Positions 38,359-51,003 of a stretch of 64,000 bases of DNA are shown here, one piece after another. Each line of letters starts with the position of its first letter. The stretch's first letter is position 1. The translations under genes were made by a program, and so were the position numbers. Origin of the DNA: Octopus sinensis (Eukaryota); contig NC_042998.1 in assembly GCF_006345805.1 (NCBI RefSeq), positions 46,128,001-46,192,000 of the forward strand, in the 5' to 3' direction. The notes below the pieces were generated by a model, which saw nothing but the letters and a program-made list of their open reading frames with translations, was not told where the DNA came from and searched no databases.

Positions 38359-40239
38359 TAGTCACAAACAAAATGAAACTTGATGATATCTATTTATCTT
38401 AGAAGGAACACAGGATAGTACTGTTGAAATTTTGAATTTCTGCATTTCTATGTATTTTTCATTTTTCATTATTTGAACTTGAAGAAGACAGACATACAAC
38501 TGAAATATTGTTTGATTCAATAAACAAAGTCAATCTGTGTTTTATTACAAATCAGATCACACCAAAGTTACTTAGCATTTCATCCTTTTATGGTTGATAA
38601 AATAAGAACAAGTCAGGGTACTGGAGTCAATGTAACCAATTTGTCCCGCCTCCACCCCTAAAATTTCTGGTCTTCTGCCTATAGTAGAAAGAACTTTTAA
38701 GTTCATATTTGGAAAACTTGTGAAATTTTGATGGAAGCTTTTAATTTACTTCACATTAAAACAGGAAGTTTATATTAGAGAATCAAGGGTGATCTTAAGC
38801 AGGTTGGTATAAAAAGGGTTAAATATTATTTTTCAGTACCTGGCTATGACCCTTTCTCTACAATCTAATCTTAAGTGAATTTGGATATAAAAGCATCTTG
38901 AAAATCTTATTGGGTTATTCATGAAGTGTAACAAGGTCAAGTTAGGTTAGCAGAGTTTATGCTTCTTCAGACTTTTGTCAAGTGAAGTGAAATATATTAC
39001 TGGGCCCTTTTCACTCTCACCTTTACTGATATAGTTGTTATGGAATCTGCTTACCTTCATCTTATTCGAGATGTTTCACTGATCATTCAGAACCCAACTA
39101 TTCCTATTTTATTTTTCTCTTTGTATTATATACTGAATAATAAATTACATGCTGTGCTTCTTTCCAAAAATCAACACCAAATGAAAAAATCTCATCTCTC
39201 TGCATCTTATGTTATATTACACTACATCAATGCTCAATTCATTAAACCTTCGTTAAGCACATTAATTTCACTTGTTCTTTCAAATGTTCTGATTTAAGAG
39301 CACTTAACTGTTCTGACATCTATATCACAAGAAACAGAAAAAAAAAAAAGCTCCTGAAAAAGTATGAATTAAAGCATTCAGCAGAATAAAAATATATAAA
39401 AACCTGAAACATTCTCCATCATTATTCCACTGCTTTCATTTTCTCGTTACCAGAAATGTATACTAGTTCTTCTAGAACGTGACAAATTTATCCTGGTGGC
39501 ATAACATTTTTGAGTTCTAGAGTGTGTAATGTTGCTGTAGAAGATAATCTAGCTTGCTTGATGTTGTTTTAATGATTTTATAGGGACAAATTAAATGATG
39601 AAATTTAAAACAATAAATTACAATGTATGTGTGTGTGTGCATGAGTGTGTTTATGTGGCTGTGTATTGCACATTCACAAAAAGCAACAACTCAAAGACAC
39701 CAAAGTCTTTATGATTTCCTGTTGTAATTGAATACAAATATAGAAGTATTGTGTTTATAACCACGTGATTGAAAGCCCTGACCTTATTGTTTATTTGATT
39801 ATGTTTGAATCCTGTAAAATGCCATAGTGTGTTATTCCTTAAAGTAAAGTAAATATCGTTTTTCCGGCAATAAGATTAATTATACAGCTCTACCTGATTA
39901 AGTGTTGGGAATTAAATCAGTCTTCTGAAAATATCTCATAAAAACAACATGTTTAAACATTTTATTTTTCTCTGTTTTATAGCAGAATTTAACAAGCATT
40001 ATAGAGTATCCTTATCTTTTAATCCAGTCAGTTGTCATGTGAGGTTTTGAGTGACAGTAAATAAATTTTATTAATAATAATAATGATAAATATGATTACA
40101 TGGACACAATACCAGTTGTTGGAAAGGGTCTACTATAACTGTGCATAAGAACTAAATGCAATTATGAGTTTGATTCTTTCTAAAGCAGGATTGAAAAAGG
40201 AATATCCAGGAATTATGCACTCTGTAGGTCTATCTTGAA

Positions 40240-40495
40240 CCGTAGGACTCATAACCTGGTTTCCATGGGGTATAAGTAACTAAAGTGACAACATTTACTC
40301 CTGAACAGGATACAGGTCTTTTGCAGGTTTAACTTCCCAGTTATTGCTGGAACTCATTTTACAGCTGAGTGGACTGGAGAAACATGAAATGAAATGTTCT
40401 GCTCAAAAACACAATGCACTCTCTGGTCTAGGAATTGAAACCATTATCTTACAATTGTGAGTGCAGCACCTTAACCACTAGGCTATATGTCTTCA
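40240..40495 (-). mobile_element. SINE related to family C
   Basis: CTCATTTTACAGCTGAGTGGACTGGAG...GCTCAAAAACACAA...TTAACCACTAGGC. Confidence 0.7.
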
Positions 40496-40842
40496 TTGTG
40501 CTCACTTTAACTTGAGTTTCAGCACGAAAGTCTCAACAGTAAAACTATGTCTATACTGTATGATTGCTGCTTAACCTCAGGTCAACTCTGATCAAGCAAA
40601 CCTATGATCACAGGCTTTATAACCATGACCATCCTATCTTTTCAGACTTGAATACTCCCTGACTTGATTTTTAAAGATTTGAGAGAAATTTCATTACTAT
40701 TCTAGCAATAGTATATAAGCCAATGTGGTGTAAAGGTCCCCATTAATTTGTGATATTGTGTGCTGTGATCTATAGTTAATTTTTTATCCGGTTGAATACA
40801 ATTTTGGTTTTAGGTGAAGAGTGTGGTGTAAAGAATATATTA

Positions 40843-40990
40843 GTTTATTAGGAAGGGCATCCAGCTGTAGAAACTCTGCCAGATCAAGATTGAAGCCTGG
40901 TGCAGCCATCTGGTTTGCCAGCCCTCAGTCAAAATCGTCCAACCCATGCTAGCATGGAAAGCGGACGTTAAATGAGGATGATGATGATGA
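40843..40990 (+). mobile_element. RTE 3' tail fragment
   Basis: TTAGGAAGGGCATCCAGCTGTAGAAAC...GGACGTTAAATGA(GAT)n. Confidence 0.85.
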
Positions 40991-41321
40991 ATCTGAGTAT
41001 GGGCAACCTTTTTAGAGAAGTGGGCCACGTTATACATGGCTTTCATCAGGTAGGCTGCACTACTAAAAAATTCAAGGTAATTTTTTTGTTAGGCATACCT
41101 TTCAGAAATTCTCTTGGCTGCTGTTTCCCATGACTTGTTTGACTTAAGCTAATTGGTAAGGAACTTGTTCTGTCATTAAAGTAGTTATTTCCAGGTCAGG
41201 GAATATAAACATCTTGGGGGAAAAGAATGAGAAGAGCTATATTCTTCAATATTTACTGTCCATGATCCTTTAGTTACTATGTTTCTGTTGAAATATACTG
41301 TCTTTGTTTCAATTAATTTCA

Positions 41322-41615
41322 TGAGGTCATTGCCAGTGCCACTGGACTGGCTCCTGTGCAGGTGGCACATAAAAAGCACCATTTGAGCGAGGCCGTTGCC
41401 AGTACCACCTGACTGGCCCTCGTGCCGGTGGCATGTAAAAGCACCCACTACATTCTCGGAGTGGTTAACGTTAGGAGGGGCATCCAGCTGTAGAAACTCT
41501 GCCAGATCAGATTGGAGTCTGGTGCAGCCTTCTGGTTTGCCACTCCTCAGTCAAATCGTCCAACCCATGCTAGCATGGAAAGCGGACGTTAAACGATGAC
41601 GACAACGATGATGAT
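41322..41615 (+). mobile_element. RTE 3' UTR and tail fragment
   Basis: GGTGGCACATAAAAAGCACC sub-repeats plus the shared RTE terminus. Confidence 0.85.
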
Positions 41616-42664
41616 TGAATGAATGAATGAAGAATTTAGTAAAATAAGCAAAGTAGCTAGTTAGAAAATCTCCATAAGATGAAAGCAGTAAAATAATTTT
41701 ATAGTTATTAAGCTGATGTTTGGAATATAAATCAACATGAAATTTTAATGAAAGCCTTTAATTTAGATCACTTTAAAATGTAAAGTTTGTATAATAGAAT
41801 CAGTGTTGTTCACAGTTGGGTTGATGTTAGAAGGGTTAAGCATTTGCTGTCAAAACCCTGGGTTCAGTCTCACAGTATGATGCCTCAGGCAAATGTCTTC
41901 TACTTATAGCCTTGGGCAAACCAAAGCCTTGTAAATAGATTTGGTAGATGAAAACTGAAAGACACCTGTTGTGTGTATGTGTGTACCTTTGTTCCTTTGT
42001 GTTCCTCACCACTGCTTGACAACCAGTATTGGTTTGTTTATGTCTCTGTAACTTAATGGTTCAGCAAAAGAGGCCAATATGATATATACCAGGCTTAAAA
42101 ATAAAAAGTACTGGCATTGATTTGTTAAAATTCTTCAAGGAAGTCTAATGACTGAAAGAAATTTTTTTAAATATCAAAAAAGTTTGAAAAACATCATCAT
42201 TATGATCCATTAAATAACAGACAAACTGAATAATCCTCACTGAATTCTTATTTGATCAATCCCTCCAGCCTTATCTCAGAAATCTCAAGTTGTGAGATTC
42301 ATTGTGTATGTTCATTGAAGGTAGAGTTGAAGTCAGTTACAGATATAAAGGATTCTATTGTCTAAATGATAGATTTTTATGATTTTTTAAAATTAAAACT
42401 TTTATCTTTCTACAATGCAGAGATGCTCATTTCTAATTATTCAGTTCTCATCAGAGAATCTTTGTAGAGTTTACAGTTCATATTTAAAATATTTACTAAG
42501 ATTTATAAATGTATTTCTTCTAACTTAGTGTTTTTTAAAACACCATTTTGTCATTGAATGTCATTGAAAGAAAGAAAACTTTGAACTGTTAAATTCTTTC
42601 AACACACAAGTTACTAGAAGTTTAAAGGAATATTGTTATTTAACCAGGTCAGATTTGAGATTAA

Positions 42665-42884
42665 CCTTTTAGCATTCAGATTACTTTTTCAAATATAACG
42701 TTCATTTATTCACATCATTTTGAATTAACCATGCATTATCTTGTAGCTTTGAGATTTCAATGATGTGATAATATATTTTTGAAGTGACAACATAGGGTAG
42801 GTGTAAGATGCCAGTTGTAGCCAGTTTGAACATAAAATAGGTAGAATATTTGGCCTGGATATGGCTGGTTTAAATGCTAAAGGG
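42665..42884 (+). mobile_element. piggyBac-type MITE (~220 bp)
   Basis: TTAA|CCTTTTAGCATT ... AATGCTAAAGGG|TTAA; same family as 28220-28442. Confidence 0.85.
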
Positions 42885-43209
42885 TTAAGCAGATCTATGA
42901 TCAAGAGTATTTCAGCTATGACCGGGGCTTCTGTTTTTTCTTTCAGGCATGCAATATCATCCAGTGTATCCTTTCAAATGCTGCATAGGTTGACTTTACC
43001 TTTTATCTTTTGAGGTTTGATAAAATAAATACCAGTCAAGCACTGGGATCAATGGAATCAACTAACTCCCCCAACCCACGAAATTACTGGCTTTGTGCCA
43101 AAATGTGAAACCATTATGATGGTAAAGTGCATTTTGAGGCAGATTCAGCTGCTGTATATATGTTCTAGTTGAACAATGGCCAAGACACATAGAAGAAGAA
43201 ATACAACCA

Positions 43210-43592
43210 TGTTTCGTGGTCTGCTACCACAACAGCTCCTTTATAGGATCCAGTTAGCTCAAGACATCATCAAGAGGAACCACGTCCGGTTTCAGCCCCT
43301 ACTTCTCTACCGTTTTGACGTGGCAGGCCCCTCCCCTTTCGGAGGTGTCTTCAGCTCTGATGTTGGGTGCATGTCTTCTTTCTTCTTCTTTCTTCTGTTC
43401 CCTGGCCTCTTCGATGTATCGTCAGCAAGTGTCAGCCGGTGACTGACTGACTTGTCAAATTTTTCCCTTTAAATACCTGCTGCTAGGCTCCCGCAGGCAG
43501 CCCCAGCAAGTTGTCACGTGACACTGTCTCACGTTAACTGACTAGTGAAGGCGCATAGTCTTAGCTCGCGCATTCTCTAAACGACCGTAATA
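43210..43592 (-). mobile_element. Solo-LTR-like repeat, copy 2
   Basis: Reverse-complement homolog of 31065-31417; on the - strand it reads TATTACGG...CACGAAACA. Confidence 0.55.
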
Positions 43593-43937
43593 TCTGCATG
43601 TTACTTAAAATGAAAGTAAGATCAATTTTATTAGTTAGTATTAATTCATGATGAATGCTCTACTATGTAGTTGATTTTGAATTTCATAACTTCTAATTCT
43701 ATATGTTGGTTGGCAAGGAGAAATCTGTAAACTCGTTAAAACATATCAGCCATTTCTTAAGCATGTGAAAATTGAGGAAACCTCATTTTCTCAGTTTCTG
43801 AACTTGAGTAACACTCCTGCTCATGACAGTGTGAAGATCAGTTATTTTAAGTTACATAAAGGCAGTAAGCTGGCAGAATCATTGGCACACCAGCACCAGG
43901 ATCAACATTGCCTTTCATCTTTTCAATAAAATAAGCA

Positions 43938-44388
43938 AAAGGTAAAGACACCCTTTGGTCGTGAATGACCATGGGATTGTACCTAGAAAGTTATCCTTCA
44001 AGGTTCAAGTCGTGGCAAGGTTGTTTATGGAAGACCAGCATGTCACCCATGCATATCAGCCTCTTCTTCTTTCTTCTGTTCCCTGGCCTCTTCGATACAA
44101 GCAAGTGTCAGCCGGTGACTGACTGACTTGTCAAATTTTTCCCTTTAAATACCTGCTGCTAGGCTCCAGCAGGCAGCCCCTGCATATCATGCCATCAATA
44201 TTATCGAAGGGAAAGGCAAAGGTCGATACAGTTTGGCACCAGTGATGTTAGAACTCATTTATACAGCTCAGTGAACTGGAACAATGGGAAATAATATGTC
44301 TTGCTCAAGAACACAACACACAGCTCAGTCTGAGAATTGAACTCACTCCCTCAACTCCCTGAACCTGACACTTTAACCACTGAGCCAT
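43938..44388 (-). mobile_element. SINE family C carrying a ~120 bp captured piece of the neighbouring LTR-like repeat
   Basis: GAATGACCATGGGATTGTACCTAG tail and CTTTAACCACTGAGCCA head; 44062-44180 copies 43381-43503. Confidence 0.8.
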
Positions 44389-44539
44389 TCCAGTTGAGCA
44401 GTTGGGTCAGTGTAATTGACTAACTCTTACCCCTAAAATTTAAGGCCTTATATTTAAAGTAGAAAGTATTATAAGACACATAACAAAGTACTGACACTCA
44501 GCAACAATGAATTTATATTTCGAACCAAGGTTGGTGATC

Positions 44540-45130
44540 AACTTAACAATAATTAAAAGTTGATGGTGCAGTCAAATATATTCATTATTGATTCCAGAGC
44601 AACATGATATTTAATTGATAAAGCAATGTTTAATAAAACCATAGTATTGAATTCTGAAACAATCGTTCAATTACACAAAACAAGATATTTGTCTGTGGCT
44701 CAATTGCACCTCTAGCATTACATGAAGTTATTCATGTCACACTACACTTGAAATTAGTTCAATTCATGTCATTCATGAGATATTTGTAACTAAATCTATA
44801 TAACTGGTGGATGTTTATTGGGTCATGACATTGGATTGATTAAAATAAAACTACATCAATATCCGTTCAGTATCAAAACATAATTCAATTAGCAAACAAT
44901 TACCTGAAGTGTTCAAAGGCATTGATAAAATAAAGACTTTATGTTAAAATTATCAGTCAGTCATCATGTAAAACCGGTAATACAACCTGTGATGTGAATT
45001 ATATTTGATGTAAAGAAACATTTAGGAGAAACTAAATATTTATTAAAACTGGATAACATTGAAAGAAGTTGATGGCTATACATTGTGGGATTCAGTTGGT
45101 TATAATCATTTGGGTGTGGTCTTATGCTGA
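44540..45130 (+). mobile_element. Gypsy/Ty3 LTR retrotransposon pol relic (aspartic protease to start of RT)
   Basis: FIIDSRAT*YLIDK (decayed DSGA), LLGHD, then PEVFKGIDKIKDF...VKPVIQPV, typical of the Gypsy protease-RT junction. Confidence 0.65.
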
Positions 45131-45443
45131 ACAAATATAGCTTTTTGAAGAAGATGATATCCAAAACCTGGTTTTCATGAAGTGTTGGAAAACTTTATTA
45201 GATTATATATTGTTTTTGGTGTGACTGTGTGGTTAAGAAGCTTGCTTTTCAACCATTTGGTTCCAGGTTCAGTCTCATTGCATGGCATCTTGGACAAGTG
45301 TCTTCTATTATAGTCTGGGATTGACCAAAGTCTTTGAGTGAATTTGGTAGATGAAAACTGAAAGAAGCCCATCAATAGCAATGTGAAAGTGTTGTAATGG
45401 CTATTTAAACATTTAAAACACACATGCTGTTATATTCATTTTA

Positions 45444-45502
<59 letters not shown>

Positions 45503-45686
45503 ATATATGTGTCTGTATGTATGTGTGCTTGTCCTGATGTCACATTATTGTTGTAAATAAGTCACTGTCATACATGCAGTGTTCTTTGGGCGTAAATTTC
45601 TATGAAAACATGTTCAGCAATGAAGAAATATTACCTTTCTTGGAAACAGGTGAGGGCTGGCAATGGGAAGTTAAATGATGATGGCA

Positions 45687-45721
<35 letters not shown>

Positions 45722-46004
45722 AATGATGATGAATATTATTGCTCTTTGACATCAGATGGAAAGATTCTCTCTGTTGATGACAGTCCTGTTTGATTAGTAC
45801 AACAGTGGATCACTCCGGGGTACAACATTAAATGACAAAGGTAAATGTCATGTTATTCTCTATGCATCCAATACACTTTCAAAAGTTGAACAATGATATA
45901 GCCAGGCTTAATAAGAAGGCTTTGCTATGGAATGTGGAAGAATATTCAACAATTTTAGTGACTATTTATTATTAACAATTATTAATATTATTTATGGAAA
46001 AATA

Positions 46005-46440
46005 AAGTGGCAAGCAGGCAGAATCATTAGCATGTATGGCAAAATGCTTAGCCGAATTTCATTCATTTTTATGTTCTGAGTTCAAATTCTGCTGAGGTTG
46101 ATCCATCTGGGATTAATAAAATAAGTACCAGTCAAGCACTGGGTTGATGTAATTGACTTATCCCACTCTCCTGAAATTACTGGCCTTGTGCCAAAATTTG
46201 AAATCAGTATTATTTAGTGAAATGTAAGGTGGTGAGTTGGCAGAATTGTTAGTACACAGGGCAAAATGCTTAGTGATATTTTATTCATCTTTACATTCCG
46301 AGTTCAAATACTACTGAGGTCAGTTTTGTCTTATGTTCTTTTGGGGTTGATAAAATAAGTACCAATTGAGCACTGGGGTTGATATAATTGACTTAGCCTC
46401 TCCCTTGAAATTACTGGGCTTTTTGCCAGAATTTGAAAAC
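46005..46440 (+). mobile_element. Two head-to-tail SINE family B copies
   Basis: Heads at ~46005 and ~46226. Confidence 0.78.
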
Positions 46441-46821
46441 AGTATTATTGAGTAAAAAAGAAAAGCCTTTACTGAGGATACTTTGTTGAGGGCTTAGAGC
46501 GATGTTCTATGATTGCTAATTATAGTTCATAAAAGGCATCTACAGACCTGCAAATATACTGTCACAGCAACCAAATAACAACAGAGTATGTTTATGAGGT
46601 CAATCATTGTTAATGATATGTTGATTTTTGTAATTGCAAATACAATTTTTAAAATGACCTGATCTAATTGTGTTACAAAAATCTAAAGAAAGATTTGATG
46701 ACTCCAGCAATAGTAAAAGCACTGCAAACTGATACGTTTAGCTGTTAGAACTTATTTGCTTATGAGAGATTACTAAGATATCAAATACTGTTCTACTAGG
46801 AAACTGAATCATCATTCCTTT

Positions 46822-47222
46822 TGCGTAGGAGTGGCTGTGTGGTAAGTAGCTTGCTTACCAACCACATGGTTCCAGGTTCAGTGCCATTGCGTGGCACCTT
46901 GGGCAAGTGTCTTCTACTATAGCTTCGGGCTGACCAAAGCCTTGTGAGTGGATTTGGTAGATGGAAACTGAAAGAAGCCTGTTGTATATATGTATATATA
47001 AATGTATGTATGTGTATATGTTTGTGTGTCTGTGTTTGTCCCCCCAGCATCGCTTGACAACCGATGCTGGTGTGTTTATGTCCCCGTTCGTAGCGGTTTG
47101 GCAAAAGATACCGATACAATAAGTACTAGGCTTACAAAGAATAAGTCCTGGGGTCGATTTGCTTGACTAAAGGCAGTGCTCCAGCATGGCCACAGTCAAA
47201 TGACTGAAACAAGTAAAAGAGT
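46822..47222 (+). mobile_element. SINE family A, full length
   Basis: Closely similar to 7257-7700 and 19362-19720. Confidence 0.9.
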
Positions 47223-48834
47223 ATATGGAACAAAAGGACTTGACATTGCCTGTATATCTGGTGTTGGAATGGGTAAAACAAAGTAACTTCTAAAAAGTAT
47301 GGTAGCCTAACACTAAGAAAGTTATAGAGTTGAAATTTAGAAATAGTTTCATATATGTATGACTTGAAATATCTGAATTGTTGAAACCCTTAACAATGTA
47401 TTTACAATGCTAGAAATTACATTTAGATTTCAAAACTCTAAGGAAACTTATCTCTTATAGGTGAGAGGTACCTGAGGACTCCTCTGGGTGAAAAAGATGA
47501 AGGGCTGGATTTCAAAAGTCAGCTATCCAGTGGAGTCTCAGTATTAATGATTATTGTGTAGCATCGTGATAACCAGAGATATTTATCCTGAAATCAACTA
47601 AAATTCAGAGTTTGGCTAGCTGCAAAGTTTTTGTTTTTACATTTTGAGGAATTCCAAAGAGAAATGTTTCTCAGAGTGGTTCATAGTTTATAAACTGTGA
47701 GTGTGTGAGTTTAAAGAGCATTTAGATCAATGAGGAGTACAATGCAAAGTTATACTCTAAATCATCATTAAGGAAATGCTTAAGAAGAAAGACTTGTTGT
47801 AATCATTGACAAAGAAATTAAATTATAATATCAAGACAGCAAATAGTGGAAGAGAGAAATTCAAAAGTTTTATTGTGCTCCAGGAACACTCCTTATTTAT
47901 CAACATAGATAACATTGTTTATGTTGTTCATAAATCACTTTTTATCTAACAAATGTACATACTATGAAATTCCTGTAACAAACAAAAGAATGAAGTGAGA
48001 TAATCATGATAATAGAGCATGAAATATTTGAAATATTCTGCTGATCAGAGGACCAAGTACTCAAGTATAGAAGCTGGCGATTATATTAACTTTGAAGATT
48101 GTCAACCAGGAAAGCAACAACTAAACTTTGATTTGACTAAGTTCTTTGTTTGTGAGAAAAAGAGCTGATTGATTTGAGTCACATCTCTAAGTAGATTAAA
48201 AATATTCATGAAGACCATATGTGATGTCAATCTTATAGCTTATAGCTTATTAGGGTGGGGTGTATAACACATTGTTCAACATCAGTGAGACAATTTTATA
48301 TATTTGTACATATCAGCAGATAACTAGCAAAAGACAAAGAGTGAGGGAAGCTTCCAGTAGATTGATGGATTTGTTTGGAGCATTTTCATTCCAAGACTGG
48401 TCACACTGGCTGACGAAGTTTCCATAGCACCAAATGTCAGAGGGAGAGATCAAAAGCAGGCTGAGCAAAGGGGTCTCATCATTGCCTGAGTAGTTTGGGT
48501 AATTGCGAGTGAGACTTGTTACAATAGGGAGTAGAAGATTTCTTGATATTAGACAAATTTGCATGGAATTCTGTAAATGGAGCATATACACCGTCTGTAG
48601 CAGTTAAGAGAAATCTTTAATAATAGCAAAAATAACAAGAATAGTAAACCATTCAAATGATGATGGATTATTATTCTATGCAATGAAAGAAGTGATTTGT
48701 ATTCTGCTTTTTTTATAAATGCTTACACAACACTGGATGTGAAGCATTTTGGCACTGCCTAGTTGGCATTGTGGCTTTGGCACTGACTCATTTGACATCA
48801 GATGTATTAATGTTTCTCTCATTCTTTCCCTCAT

Positions 48835-49050
48835 GCTTTCTCTTTCTGTTTATGTGTGTGAGCATCTAATTATGTTTGTATGTATAATGTCTCTCTATTT
48901 GCTTTCTCTCTCTTACTCTCTCTCTTTTTCCCCTTCTCTCTTTCTCCTCTCTCTCCCTCTCTTTTTCCCTCTCTCACTCCCTCTCTTCCTCTTTCTTTCC
49001 CCTCTCCTCTGTCCCTACCCTCTCCTTCTCTTTCTTTCTTTCTCACTCAT
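48835..49050. repeat. CT-rich low-complexity polypyrimidine tract
   Basis: Direct reading; explains the spurious Leu/Ser/Phe ORF at 48749-49270. Confidence 0.85.
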
Positions 49051-50083
49051 CGTATCTGTATGTATATATTTCTGCATGCATGTGTGCCTATTTATCTCAA
49101 GCACTAGAAAATTGATTGAATATCCAGTCAGTTGTGCCAAATTGTCAGCATCCAAACAGTTAAACCCAATCATCTCATTTTGCACAACACTTTGCTGTCT
49201 TAATGTGTTAGAATCTTCTAGACTCTTGAAATCACCTGATTATGTTCTTCACAAAGTGTTGTGGAGCTGACATTTACAAACTAAAGCCTACTTATTCTGA
49301 TACTATGTAATATGTAAACCTGGAAATTACAAACGTCTGAGTCAAGCACAATATAACAGCAACACTGATGATACTTTATGCTGTATGAATTTCTGGTCGT
49401 AACTAACTTGATCAATAATTACTATGATGCTGTCTCCTGAAAAAAATCAATCCATATATTTTCATATTTGCTGTACTGCATGTAAAAGGTTTTTTTTGGA
49501 AAAGATGTTCTAAAAGGTACAAATTTGTATAGCAATATAAACCACTTTATAATTCCCAGATAATGTTGGAATCCATTCCTAGCAACTGTATCTTTTATTA
49601 TAACAATTCTTTCCTTCTATAATCCTTTGATGTGATTCATAAACTATATTCAAAATTTTAATTCACAAAAAAAACTGAAGGAATTAAGTTCTACTCCCCA
49701 TCAGAAGTAATCCCTTTTAATATGAAAATTCCATTTTCAAGAAGAAAATGGACTTTAAAATAATTTTTTACAAATATTTTTTGTGACTCACTGCATAGTT
49801 TCATATTCAATTATGTCATTAAATCTGCTAATGTGGTTTTCTTTGGAATGATGTTGGTTATTATCATACAATAAATCATCTCAATATTTATACAGTGCAT
49901 TGATAGAAATAGTACAGCTGCATTTATTTACAATCTGAGTTCAAATCCCACCAGAATCAACTTTGCCTTTCATCCTTCTGACATTGATAAAGTATGGTAT
50001 CAGTCAAGTACTGTAGTTAATATAACTGACTATATTAAGGTGATGAGCCGGCAGAACTGTTAGCTCACTGGGCAAAGTGCTTA

Positions 50084-50505
50084 TAATAATAATAATGAAA
50101 TTTTTGTATACAGTGCTCAGGTGCACCACAACTTGTCAAAAGTGCATATAAAGCATATGCAGTAATGTACAAATGTCTGGAAAGTGAACAGTGTATGAGT
50201 CAGATACATGCTTGCGTGTGTATGGAGGGGAGAAAATCAGGTGTAGTGTTGGTGAATCTCAGGAAGCACGGAAGTTTTGAAGGATGCAGTGCTCCGACAA
50301 CTAACAACTGATGCCGGCAGTTTGTTCCATACTTCAGTAACTCTTAGCGTGAAAAAATGTTTCCGAAAGTCATGGGAACTGTGCTGTTTTCTGACTTTGT
50401 AAACATGTCCACGGGTGTTAGACAGGTGGACTTTGAAAGGTGCTCAGAGTTATTGTTTGTAAGATGGTTAATAATTTTATGGGTTTCTGCCAAGTCAGCT
50501 GCCAG
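50084..50505 (-). mobile_element. CR1-type LINE 3' end with (TTA)n tail, inserted in a SINE B
   Basis: The - strand gives DLAETHKII...NTRGHVYKVRKQHSSHDFRKHFFTLRVTEVWNKLPASVV. SINE B halves lie at 50037-50083 and ~50510-50668. Confidence 0.85.
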
Positions 50506-50769
50506 ACATCGGAGTAGCATTTTGTCCATTTTTATGTTCTGAGTTCAACTTTGCCTTTCATCCTTTTGGGGTTGATAAAACAAGTTCCAGTTGAGCACTG
50601 TGTTCAATGTAATCAACTTACCAACTTTCCTGAAACTACTGGCCTTGTGCCAAAATTTGAAACCAATATAATTGACTATATTCTCTTGCCTCAAATTTAA
50701 GGCCTGGTTTGTGATTTAAGAATCAATAAGTTCATCAACACCTTTAGTTATGGACAGGTATTTTATAAA

Positions 50770-51003
50770 AGGCGGCGAGCAGGCAGAAACATTAGCATGC
50801 CGGGCGAAATGCTTAGCAGCTTTTCGTTTGCTGCTATGTTCTGAGTTCAAATTCCGCCAAGGTTGACTTTGCCTTTCATCCTTTCGGGGTTGATTAAATA
50901 AGTACTAGTAGCACATTGGGGTCGATATAATCGACTTAATCCATTTGTCTGTCCTTGTTTGTCCTCTCTGTGTTTAACCCCTTGTGGGTAGTAAAGAAAT
51001 AGG
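50770..51003 (+). mobile_element. SINE family B (alternative-tail subfamily) with TSD
   Basis: AGGCGGCGAGCAGGCAGAAAC head; AGGTATTTTATAAAA is duplicated at ~50756 and ~51001. Confidence 0.88.

Larger units (their letters stand above)
33860..38545 (+). mobile_element. Degenerate Penelope-like element (RT, Cys-rich linker, GIY-YIG, pLTR) fragmented by nested insertions
   Basis: SYIQDTFD, TMDVSSLYINI, WFIDDIFFVW, YLHCHSYHPHH..KSQILR, PIVAFRHNKNVRQIL, CKKGKHCSLC and ECTKH.LIY...T.KQLSKRFNEYR...SELAEHF. A terminal hammerhead-like motif plus AATAAA lies at ~38475-38524. Confidence 0.85.

Noticed and set aside
47230-48600. Possible old LINE or other coding relic (LDIACIS-like motif; ORF 48313-48591)
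   Set aside because: Too decayed to assign by eye; needs a translated search.
48749-49270. 173 aa ORF, the longest in the track
   Set aside because: Product of a CT-rich low-complexity tract and an old repeat.
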